Origin: Macrostomum lignano
Taxonomy: Eukaryota
DNA length: 64,000 bases
Reading direction: 5' to 3'
Assembly (NCBI GenBank): GCA_002269645.1
Contig: NIVC01001500.1
Location: forward strand, 124,001-188,000
A model generated the notes under the pieces. It was not told where the DNA came from. It worked only from the letters and a program-made list of their open reading frames with translations, and ran no database searches. Positions 27,211-38,532 of the stretch are shown piece by piece (position 1 is the stretch's first letter; each line of letters begins with the position of its first letter). The position numbers were made by a program, and so were the translations under genes.

Positions 27211-27364
27211 GCGCAACCTTGGGAATCACCCGGCTGTTTCTATTAACAACACATACATGTAAGTCGCTATTGGCTGAGAGCAGTCACGTGACTACTATTC
27301 TGTCCAATAGCGACTTACATGTGTGTTGCCAATAGAAACGGCCGGGTGAATCCCAAGGTTGCGC
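27211..27364. mobile_element. 154-bp hairpin/MITE
   Basis: gcgcaaccttgggaatcacccggc...gccgggtgaatcccaaggttgcgc with ~65-bp arms. The central loop contains AGTCACGTGACT. Confidence 0.75.
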
Positions 27365-27962
27365 CCAAGCATGCATTGTAACAATAATATTAGCTCCACT
27401 ATTATTTTAAGATTTAAGATTTTAGATTTTAACTGCTTTTGCTTTTTCATTCAATCTATATTGAAGAGATTTGCATTTTTGAATGAAATCTATTCATCTA
27501 TCATTGATACTATCTAGTCATCTTAATATTTTATTGCACTTCTATTTGGCTTTTTTAGTTATGACTTTGACTTTATTGCATTTTATATATTAACGAAATT
27601 CAGAAAATTAGATAAAGAAAACTTTAGCCTTTTAATGAATTATACTTCACATTGTAAATATTTTTAAACTTGTAATTATTGGCTATAAAAATGATTAGGA
27701 AAAAAAATAATTTATGCTTTTGTACTAAAAATTAGAACTTGATAGTTTATTAGCTAGGCTTAGAAGTGTTGTTTTGTCCAGCCTTAAGCCTATACATTTT
27801 CCTTGCAAAAATATTTTTCCAAAAAAATTAAAAAAAGGATAAAATATTTTTGTTAAATAAATACTACATCTGTGCTTTTTGTTGCTGCTAATTATAATTT
27901 GATTTATTTAATCTATATTAATCTTGTAATACCTTTCAGCTATTGCTCATCAGATAATACTA

Positions 27963-29461
27963 ATGACTGGTCCAGCATCTACATCTTCAACAGGCACTGC
28001 TGCATCAGTGGCTGATAATGCAAAAACTGGCACTGTAGTAGCTATTAACTCGGCTAATTGCAGTCTGAACGACTCAGTCACGGATGCTGAAAGCATCGTG
28101 ATGAAGCTGCAACAATATAGAAGCGATATTGTTCGACAGGTGAGTTGGACTCAAATACATTGCTTTGTTGCCTCCTGTTACTGCTTCTGAGTGACTTTAG
28201 CAACTCCATTCAAGTCTCCAAGAATCCTAGAATGATTGTGTTGGCGCTTAACTTACGCTAGAGATGTGACGCTTGAATTCATCAAGCAACGCAAATGCGC
28301 TTCAAGCGCAACTCAGAGCTCTACAGCAACTCTGGCACGCCTCAAATACGACTCCTCAGCGGCCGTGCGACTTTTTTTTAGAGGCAGGCGGGTTGTGGCG
28401 CACTTTAAGCGACATAGGCACACAACCGGCGAGAGGCATTACTGCCCATCCCGCCGACTCCCCTGAGCAGGCATACAAGCGCGCGGATACGTACGCAGGC
28501 ACACACTCACACAGGAGTGTACAGCGGCCCTAACTTTATTTTATCGTTAGGCATGTACACTTCACTGTGCCTTGGGGGGTTGGCTCTCAAGGCCGTTAAT
28601 TGCACGAGCAGAGCCAAGCTGAGATTCCAATTCAGCCCCAAATTAATGTGACTGCACTTGGAATTGAGCCTGGGTCGCTGGCCCACCAGAGCAGCTGCGC
28701 TACCTCTGGGCTACGGCCCCCCTTGCCGTGCGACTTACTTTTTGACCAAAATTGTGACGTAAAAGCAGCAAATCAACATAATCTTGGGTAAACGGCAGGA
28801 GTAACTATGACTGTATTATTAAGGCTAAATACCTCGTCATCTAAGTAGTGCTACGTCTTTTGGATAAGCTTTTATAAAAATTGTTACCTGCAACGACTCT
28901 GGGAGCGCTTCTTTGCCTGGATACCGCTTTTACCGAGTATAACAATAAATTTCACAGGTAGGCGACATTTGCACCCAACGGGCCCAGCTGCTCGAACAAC
29001 AACGGCGTCAATGCCGCGAATGCGTCGACAGAGAGCGCAGCCAGCTGCCCGGCCGTCAGCTGGCGCTAAACTACGCCGACTATGTTCGCAGTGTGCAGCT
29101 GCCAAGCCTCATCCAGCAGGGCGTCACGCTGCCCGGCGGGATTCAACTGGATGGCGTCGGCGCCGGCGGGGGAGACGCCCGAGGCGCCACAGCCGGCGCT
29201 GCCAGGGGTAAAACGGCAACAGCTCGAGGCGGTCGAACCGCTCGAGGCCGCCAAGCTGGCGCCGCAGCCGCCGCCGCGTTGGCCGCCGCCGCCGCCTCGT
29301 CGACGCGCGGCCGACCAACCAAATTGCAGATCGTCAATCCGTTCAAATTCAGTCCCGAAGATCTCGAACGAATTGATCCGCGCGAGGTGCAGAAATTGCG
29401 GGAACTATTCGACAAACTGGCCTGTCTGTTTGGATCCGATTCCGGCGTCGGGTCGCGCTGA
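27963..29461 (+). CDS. CDCA8: Borealin / CDCA8-like chromosomal passenger complex subunit (2 exons, ~226 aa)
   Basis: Exons 27940(ATG 27963)-28139 and 28958-29461, joined by a phase-0 GT-AG intron. The spliced KLQQYRSDIVRQVGDI...ERSQLPGRQLALNYADY aligns without gaps over 54 aa to the human Borealin N-terminal helix as recalled (KLASFLKDFDREV...EILRLPKALREMNWLDY), about 12 identities including LP and N-x-x-DY. The C-terminal EDLERIDPREVQKLRELFDKLACL resembles the Borealin dimerisation domain. Confidence 0.75.
28372..28720 (-). mobile_element. tRNA-derived SINE, copy 1 (in the Borealin intron)
   Basis: The minus strand starts GGGGCCGTAGCCCAGAGG (A box) ... GGCTCAATTCC (B box) and ends in an A8 tail. 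12-bp TSD gccgtgcgactt at 28362-28373 and 28724-28735. A second copy lies at 62367-62721. Confidence 0.85.
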
Positions 29462-30971
29462 TTGCAGCTTTTTCCCCTAACTATCTAAACTACTGCTAGC
29501 GATGCATATTCAAGTAGTATCTGACATATTTTACTTTTCTTCTATCATCTATTTTACTAAATTACTTCGTTTATTTTTTCTACTAGCTCTGTAGTAGTAT
29601 AGACAGGTTATTGTCCGATTTTTTTGCTTGACACCCAATAAGCCCGTGTTGAAATGCTAATTCTAACTTGTATTGACTCAGTTTATCATTCATAAAAGAA
29701 ATTATTAACGCAATAATTACTATTCTAAGTATATTCGCTTATAGTTAGGACTGTATTTTGCATTTTGGTCTATTTTTCAATTGATTCGTTTTAATTAATG
29801 CATTTTGATTCATGTTTATTTAAAAAAGTACATGATGTGCTGCAGCGAGGGTAAAACTTCTCATTAGGAATAGTTCTGAACAAGTATATATAAATATATT
29901 ATTTTTCTATCAAATACAACACCAAATCACTAAAAGCTGCGATGCTAAACTGAATGGTGGTGTGTGCCGCAGTTTTCTAATGTGTAGCTTGGTGCATTAG
30001 ACACAGTCGGTGCTTGCGTGCAAATTTATTTATTTAAATATTCAATTGTTGTGGTATTTGGATTTCTTTGTTATTTCAAAATTAATAGCGCAGTTAGGTT
30101 ATAAAAGTTATTAACTAGTCAAATCTATTCACACTTGATGGCAGCTTGACAGTTGAAGCAGCTGGGTTACACTTCTCACCCTGTATCCGCTGATGAAAAA
30201 TTCAGATCAGTGTAGAAAAAAGCTTTGCCTTGCTAGTGACAGATCGTGGTCTGTCTCGTTCTTGCACATCGAGTTCAAGCTGACACAAATCTCCGTTATC
30301 TAGATCACTCAACACGGAGCAAAGCAAGGGCTCTGGGTTTTTTGTTGAAAAATTTGATTCGATGCAGACTTGTTTTCTAAAGCATAAGGGGTGGTTAACG
30401 CGTCCGAATCGCGCCACTGTACCAAGGTTTTAACTCGGTGTGTGCCACTGAGTCACTGAGTGATTTTTCGGCCTCCCACTGAGTGCTTGTCTGGCCTCTT
30501 GCTATGTACCTCTATGGCCTCACTGGAGTGCTTCCCTGGCTTCTCACTGAGTGCCTCTCTATGATTATGAGCGCAAAGGATTGTATCCGCGGGGGTTTAA
30601 TTGTGAGTCTTGTGACGTATATGCCTGTCGTTGAGAATGTATGCACGAACCAACAGATGCCCGCTTGCGTGCTCAGGGGTTCACTCAGTGAATTTTTTGT
30701 AACAAGTAAAAACCTGCAGCTTTCGAAGAAATCGTGATAGTCATACAGAATTTCCTATTATAATTTTAGCTGCCTCAGTCGGTACGTGACTTCAAGTGAC
30801 GATTGTTACAGCTAGACGGGCTGCAGAAATTCAAATTCTGCATGATAAATGAAGTATTTATAGAATAATCTCTATGTCAATCGTCTTGCTCATTTTCAAT
30901 CAAACCTGGGCTAGGGTGCATAACCTTTGCCTACCTAGTGACAACCAGCTGCTACGAGCTGATCGGTTCTT

Positions 30972-32435
30972 CTACTTCACTTTGTCGAGTTCGAAGCTTT
31001 CAGCAGCCTCCTGTCCGATCATGCCGGGCTCGATGAGCGCCGTCACTGCGGTGCGCGCGCTGGTATCGAGAACGGCGCTATTATAATCGACGTTGACTTC
31101 TTGGTCGGCAGCAATGCGCCTGACGACGCACTCGAAGTTGTCAGTTTCAACTCTGCGTCCGACGGCGACGGCGACGCCGCTTCTGCTGAAAGTTCCGCTG
31201 CCTGCGGCTTCGTTCCGAGCCCGACGACGGCAGCAGCAGCAGAGTCCGCTTGCCAGCGAGCGCAGGGCGGCGGCCAGCGATTTGCGGAACGAGGCGGACA
31301 CCAGGCAGTAGAAGATGAAGTTAATAGCGCAGCCAGTTACCTGGCTTAGCGTTGTCAGACTGGTCAGTCTCTGCAGTATATAATATGTTCGAATCGCTGC
31401 GAATTCGGAGCTCTTGAGGCGGCTGAGCAAAGTGTTGCTAATGTATCTCCTGCACAGCAGGTTGAGTATCTGGCCTGGACTGATTAGCACAAGGAACAGC
31501 AAGGTGACGGTCACCAATAACGGTGTCAGATTGTCTGTCTGCTGTACAGCTCCGGCACCGTTGCCTTGCAAACGCGTTGTAGCATCTTCTTGATTGCCAT
31601 TCTGGGCGTTCAGCTGGTTGCGCTGTCGCAGACTGGACCTGTAGGCCAGGATTAGGCGGATGTTGCAGACTACGATGCCGAGTAGAGGCAACGCGTTTAC
31701 TAGCAAAATAGTGGCCCAGTAGTAAATATAAGCGTGCCATTTCATGCCAGGGTCCAGCTCTTTCCTCCGGTTGAAAGTGTAGCACGAGTTACTATTAGTC
31801 GAGTTGTCTATTGTCGCTTCGTATTTAAAGAAATCAGGGAAATGCAACACAACAGCGGCGACAAAAACGATGCCAATTGAGACGCGCAGTTTTCTCCGGT
31901 TGAGCCAGTTGCGCGACTGCAGCGGCCGCCAGACAGCCAGGTAGCGGCAAATCGTAATTGTTAAAGTGAGCCACACGCTAGACGCCATGAAAATATTGGC
32001 GAAAGCCTGGCCAATAATCTGCGAATAAAGTAGACTCAAAGATGAGCATTGCGGTCTGGTCTTGCTGATCGGCAGCGAGCTCAAACAGATGCACAAATCC
32101 GACACGGCTAGGGCCATCAGCGACTGCGACATGGAGCTCTCCAGCCTTGCTGGTCGGCCTCCTAAACCATCTCCGCTAGCTACGCCGCCGCGCTGTCGTC
32201 GCTTGCAGGGCTTAGCGAAGGCTAAAACTGTGAGCAAGTTGCCAGCGATGCCCAGCAAGCAGACGGACCGGAGACCGATGCCCAGACAGATTGATTCGAA
32301 ATCACGGAAATTCCGTATGGCGGCGGCCACTTGTTTGACAAAATCGCTGCTGTCATTCTTGCCGCCTGACTCGAGCATTGCAGTTTTGGAGTGAAATCTG
32401 TGAATTAAAGGTGAGTTGGTATGGAGCTTGAGCAT
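30972..32435 (-). CDS. Intronless class A GPCR, FMRFamide/sex-peptide-receptor-like orphan peptide receptor
   Basis: Seven hydrophobic segments with GIAGN (TM1), LAVSD (TM2), SVWLT..ICRY.AV.RPL (TM3), HFPDFF (TM4), LP.L.IVVCN (TM5), FLVLISP (TM6) and AINFIFYC..SASFR (TM7). The frame is open to 32531; first in-frame ATGs are at 32435 and 32378. Confidence 0.93.
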   Translation of the reverse strand: MLKLHTNSPLIHRFHSKTAMLESGGKNDSSDFVKQVAAAIRNFRDFESICLGIGLRSVCLLGIAGNLLTVLAFAKPCKRRQRGGVASGDGLGGRPARLESSMSQSLMALAVSDLCICLSSLPISKTRPQCSSLSLLYSQIIGQAFANIFMASSVWLTLTITICRYLAVWRPLQSRNWLNRRKLRVSIGIVFVAAVVLHFPDFFKYEATIDNSTNSNSCYTFNRRKELDPGMKWHAYIYYWATILLVNALPLLGIVVCNIRLILAYRSSLRQRNQLNAQNGNQEDATTRLQGNGAGAVQQTDNLTPLLVTVTLLFLVLISPGQILNLLCRRYISNTLLSRLKSSEFAAIRTYYILQRLTSLTTLSQVTGCAINFIFYCLVSASFRKSLAAALRSLASGLCCCCRRRARNEAAGSGTFSRSGVAVAVGRRVETDNFECVVRRIAADQEVNVDYNSAVLDTSARTAVTALIEPGMIGQEAAESFELDKVK

Positions 32436-33504
32436 CTGGATTGATTTGTTTTTGAAGTTCAAATAGATGATTGTGTGGTGATTCCTAATGATTATGGTTG
32501 TGGTGACATTGCAGATGCTGGATATAAGCATTTAGTTCTTTATGGATAAATACTTGTACGCAGGCACAGCGGACTCATTTTTTCATTTTCACGCATTGTC
32601 AAGGACTCTTGTCAAATCGAAACCGCGCGGATTTAGACGCGTTAATTAATTAATCTTGAGCTGATGTTTGTCCAAAAATAGAAGCAAGCGCCTGGCATGT
32701 AGTTGTCCAAAGTCAATGCCAAACCAAGGCGCACTGAAAGCTGTCTTGAAATCTTTTAATCAAAAGGAAAGCGGATTTAGCAACAAACCGGGAACTGGGA
32801 CTGCAGCTGTAGAAGTCCTATTGATTAGTAAACCTTAAAGAGTCGACACTAGTTTATCTAGTTCAAAGTGGCGAAAAACCGATCTAAAATGGTACAATCT
32901 TGGCTGTACAATTCCGTTTTCAGTAAGCCAACAACAACAAAGTATTTTAAGTAAGAGATGCATCGGAATAACCTAATAGTTATGCAGTATTATGAACCAA
33001 CTGTGCGTTAAACGCAGTCACAAGTTAGTTTCGAGCGTAGTTTAAACACGAGTTTGAATCGTAAGACGTCCATGCAAAGTGTGACTTTAATATTTTATTT
33101 TATAATTTCATTTAATAATAAGGCTAGCGCAGACTCGTAACAAGGTTAAAAAACTACAGCAAATTATTGCTGTAGAACTTAATTAACTGTAATGACTTAC
33201 CAGCGTGCCTATAAGCAGTGAATGTGTTGTTTCGAAAGTTGGCGGTTTAACTTTATCCATTCAGCTTTACATGTTAGCAAAAACATATAGCTTATCTATA
33301 GTGCTCAGTTATTGGCTGTGCAGGAATTCTTGTTGGCTGATCTGTCAATCCAACCAATCACACATCGAAATAGGATTTGTCGTCTTGTTTGATTTTGTTG
33401 AAGCATTGAATCTATCTTTTCTAAGCATGTTCTATGAGAGTTCAGTTTGACAGTCTTATCAAACCAACGTCAGCCAACTTTAAAAAATTATTATATAAGC
33501 TTGC

Positions 33505-34080
33505 CCATTTTATTACCCAGGCCACCCAAATCATTCAATTAACGGAGACCCTATTTTATTACCCAGGCTAACAAAATCATTCAAAAGAGAGTCTCTTTCA
33601 TTACCCAGGCTAACCAAATCATTCAACGGAGACCCTATTTTATTACCCAGGCTAACAAAATCATTCAACGGAGACCCTATTTTATTATCTTAGCTGACCA
33701 AATCATTTAACAGAGATCCTATTTTATTACCCAGGCTAACAAAATCATTCAAAGGAGAGTCTCTTTCATTACCCAGGCTAACCAAATCATTCAACGGAGA
33801 CCCTATTTTATTACCCAGGCTAACAAAATCATTCAACGGAGACCCTATTTTATTACCCAGGCTAACCAAATCATTCAACGGAGACCCTATTTTATTACCC
33901 AGGCTAACAAAATCATTCAACGGAGACCCTATTTTATTACCCAGGCTAACAAAATCATTCAACGGAGACCCTATTTTATTATCTTAGCAGACCAAATCAT
34001 TTAACAGAGATCCTATTTTATTACCTAGGCCACTCATTCAACTTTCATTTAACTAAAAGCCTATTTTATTACCCAAAACA
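33505..34080. repeat. 42-bp tandem repeat, ~13-14 copies
   Basis: Unit acccaggctaacaaaatcattcaacggagaccctattttatt. Non-coding. Confidence 0.95.
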
Positions 34081-35065
34081 AGTAACTGATCGAGTGATAT
34101 AATTCCTGCGTTCTCTAATAGCTAGTTTGTATTATCTTCAAGTATATTTTAAGTAGCCAGTAATACTTCAGAGAGAACAACAATGCAAACACAAAAGCCA
34201 AAAAACTAAGCCTACATAAGAGAGGCTGAAGCCTTCATAATCCAGCAAGCACAAGCACAAACAAAGCCTTGTTTACTTTTTGAAAAACAGTCGAGTTTTT
34301 GTTTAAATTATATAAAAAGTGGATACGGTATAAAATATGCGCATGCATGTGCATTTACGAAATTGCATCTGTAGATACAGAACAAAATGTTAGTCTTGTT
34401 TACTCTTTTGAAAAAGACCGAATCTAGCTCTTTGTCTTGCGCTGAATAAAGAAAAACTATGCATGCACATCAGTAGATATAGGTGTAGGTTTAGGTCAAC
34501 TAAAAAATTCAAGTCACTGCGAGGGCAAAAAGAAAAGAATTCGCGTAGCTAAACACTCGGTTGTTGACCCTGGCACTGTTTAAACTGTCAGACCTTCTTT
34601 CACCCACACAAGCGCTGCTCAAAAGCTGAACAAAAATAAGAGAGTTTGAGTGCACGGCCGTTTTTCTGTCTCTCATCCCATCGCACGCGTTGGCCCTATA
34701 GCTGCTATTCAAGTCAAGATCTGCTGCTAGATTTAAAGAAAAGATTAAGCGGTTCTATTTGCGGGCCTGATGACCTGCCGAGCCCCCCTGGCAGCTACTC
34801 GTAAGGAGAGTAGAGAAGAGATATAGAGAGAGAGAATGAATTGAAATGCAAAAACGAGAGCAATCGCGAGGCCGCCCACTGAGCTCCATTCAATTAATTT
34901 CTATCTGTACATTCTCTTTTGTAGCCCTAAATATTTAAGTACGAGCTACCAAGCTTGAATTATTATTAGTAAAGCTTGTAGCTATACCTCAGCGTTAACG
35001 AGTGTATAGCTAACCGTATCGAGCAATCTACAAGAACCAACCGACAACCTGCCAATCGAAGGCAG

Positions 35066-38000
35066 ATGAACAGTCGACAGCAGGTTGAGACACAGTTCTT
35101 GCACTGGCTGGAAGCCAATCACGCCATAGTGCACAATCCGCCACTTGGCTCTAATCGTTGCTCCATCGAATACGAGAGATCTCGTCAGCGCGGCATCCGC
35201 GATGAGCTTGTCCGTATTGCTAGTGGCGTGAGTTTGAATGACAAAGCTTTTATAGGGGCAGTCCAGCTGCAGAGAGGTTTCCAGTAGTTTTCATATTAAC
35301 CCCCACCCTTAACTCGATCTCTGGGATCGAGCTCTCGAGAAACCGGACGTCATACATGGAATTTGTCTATGGCGAAAACCTTTTATGGCGTTATCTATGG
35401 CGTTCTCTTAGAGCATACCGCAGATACTAAATGTATAATAGGCTTCGCGCACTCGTGGCCAAGACATTTAAACGCTAAAAACCAAGTATCGAGCAGTATT
35501 GTTATAACGATTCAATCTGGAGTCTCGACCATAGACTAAGCATTTAATGCACGCTTTTTTCATTCAATTCACGCTGTTTGATTTGCGCGAGATATGGAGC
35601 GGCCATAGACTATGCATTTAATGCACACATTTTGACACTGCAATCGGTTTAAAATGTACTACCTAGCAATAGCAGCATCTATAGCTCCTTGTGTAGCCTC
35701 ATTCCATTGCAGTTGTCTATGAGAGCCAACATACAAGACATGAATTAAGAGTCCTGACGATTAGAAAGTCTAGGCCGCTGTACACCCATGTGCTCAAGAG
35801 TCAGTGGAATCGATAGAATGGTCGTCAGCGCTGTTGTAAGGCTATAGGTCGAATAAAGGCGATAAAGTTAAACCTGATGTCATGGGTAACTCAAACTGCT
35901 CCAAGAGTCAAATCGGGTGGTAATTGTGACCAGAATGCTACACTAGTAGGGCAGCTAAAGTTAACAGCGTCCCCCATTTAAGAAAAGTACATGGCTCTTC
36001 CCTCTCAGGAAGCCCAAGCCTAAGCCCCGTGCTGTTTATTAAATTAATTGTTGCTACATAACAGGACCTGTCTCGCCCAGCTAGAGAGCAGTGCAGCGTC
36101 GCAGGACGAAGAGTCGGAGACAACATCGCTTCGCTTGACTTCATAGCCAAGATTGCCAGCTTGGAGGACACCTTTGGCGTAAGAGAGTTATCTGTTCTGT
36201 TGTGTTGCATCTGTCTAAATTTATCGGGAAATTTACTCACTTTAGCATCCTAATACTCCTACATGTATTTATGCATTCAGTTTCCTTCCTTATACGCCTC
36301 CTTGTCTCCACCTCCGTATTCGGATCTCTCTACCCTTTTCTTAATAACTCCTTTCTACATGTATACCTTGCTCTATTCTCACGACTTCCCTCTCCCTTCT
36401 CTTGTCTCCCGTCTTATCTCCTGTTCTCTCACTCTATCCCTGCCCATCCCTCCTTGGCCCTCTCCCTGCTTCTCTCTCTCTCTGCCTCTTTCTCCCTGCC
36501 CCTCTCTCCCTGCCCCTCTCTCCCTGTCCCTCTCTCCCTACCCCTCTTTCCCTGCCCCTCTTTCCCTGCCCCTCTTTCCCTGCCCCTCTTTCCCTGCCCC
36601 TCTTTCCCTGCCCCTCTCTCCCTGCCCCTCTTTCCCTGCCCCTCTCTCCCTACCCCTCTTTCCCTGCCCCTCTCTCCCTACCCCTCTCTCCCTGTCCCTC
36701 TCTCCCTACCCATCTCTCCCTGTCCCTCTCTCCCTGTCCCTCTCTCCCTGCCCCTCCCTGCCTTTTAACTTGGCTACCAGTACAGCCTATACAATCATCA
36801 AAGGCACAAAAGATCGATATTCTCGAAAATAGCGGCAATGCTGAGATTTGAAATCAGATTTTCAAAAGAGAGCTATAAATGAACACAGTTAAGTATTGCT
36901 GTCTCGTCGAAGAATAGCTATTCAACATTCTTAGTGTGCTAATGAAAACAAAATCCCTAAGCCTGCGACTGCCTCAGCTTGCTGTTTATTAATTTACACA
37001 AACATGGACTACAGTACTCGTAGTATAGGCTCTGCACTAGTATTGGGGGCGCCAATACAATCTCCTAGTTGACTAAGCTAAAGAATTCCATCCACTGCAG
37101 CCAAGTGCTGTATTTAATTAACTATACAGCGCGAATATAAGAACTATGATTTTGAGAGGCGGTGAGCAAGTTTGAGCATCGGTAGGGCGAATGGTCTGCA
37201 TGCAGGCAAGGAGAACCGCTATATAGCTATCATAGTTATTGGTAAATACCCGAGCTCACAGCTTGAAGTGCGCATGCACTCGTTCAGCAACTCGAAGCAA
37301 TATTATTAATCAGCACAGAGAATTATAGTATTAAAATTTGCAGGGAAAGAGAGGAGGAGCGAGGCAGGGGCTGAAAGAGAAAGGAAGGGAGAGAGAGGCA
37401 GAGGAAGAGGGGCTGTGATAGAAGGGCAAGGGGAGAGGGTCAAGGAGAGAGGGACAGGGAGAGAGGGTCAAGGAGAGAGGGACAGGGAGAGAGGGTCAAG
37501 GAGAGAGGGACAGGGAGAGAGGGGCAGGGAGAAAGGGGTAGGGAGAGGGGGGCAGGGAGAGAGGGGCAGGGAGAGAGGGGTAGGGAGAGAGGGGCAGGGA
37601 AAGAGGGGTAGGGAGAGAGGGGCAGGGAAAGAGGGGCAGGGAGAGAGGGGCAGGGAAAGAGGGGCAGGGAGAGAGGGGCAGGGAAAGAGGGGCAGGGAAA
37701 GAGGGGCAGGGAAAGAGGGGCAGGGAAAGAGGGGCAGGGAGAGAGGGACAGGGAGAGAGGGGCAGGGAGAGAGGGGCAGGGAGAAAGGGGCAGGGAGAGA
37801 GGGGCAGGGGGAGAGGGGCAGGGGGAGAGGGGCAGGGAGAGAGGGGCAGGGAGAGAGGGGCAGGGAGAGAGGGGTAGGGAGAGAGGGGCAGGAAGAGAGG
37901 GAAGCTGTACAATGGCGGCCGATCAGCCCCCATCAATATCGATCGCCCATCCGCAGTCCTCTGCCGCAGCCGTGACATCAGAGGCGCACCGGCTGTCCAC

Positions 38001-38398
38001 CAGCGGTCCTCCATCCGAGCCGTCGTCAGGCTCCTTGGATTCGACAGTCCGCAAGCCGCTTGCCGGCTCCGCTCAGCGCTGCTGGCAGTGGCTGGACCAG
38101 CTCTCCGTGCTGCTGCGCCTGCACTCGAGAAACGCGGCCGACTACAACTCTTTCCACGTTGAATGCCACGACGCTGGTGGCCGAATGGGGCGCAGTTTTT
38201 CACACGCTTCGCGCCAGCTGGAGTGCCTGTTCCATCTTCATCATCCGGAACGGACTAAGCGACTACTCACAACGGCCACTGTGAGTCTTGAGTTCAACTA
38301 ACTAACTACCTAACTAACTAACTAACTAACTAATAACTAACTAACTAACTAACTAACTAATAACTAACTAACTAATAACTAACTAACTAACTAACTAA

Positions 38399-38432
<34 letters not shown>

Positions 38433-38465
38433 GCTAACTGACTGAATAACTAACTAACTAACTGC

Positions 38466-38532
<67 letters not shown>

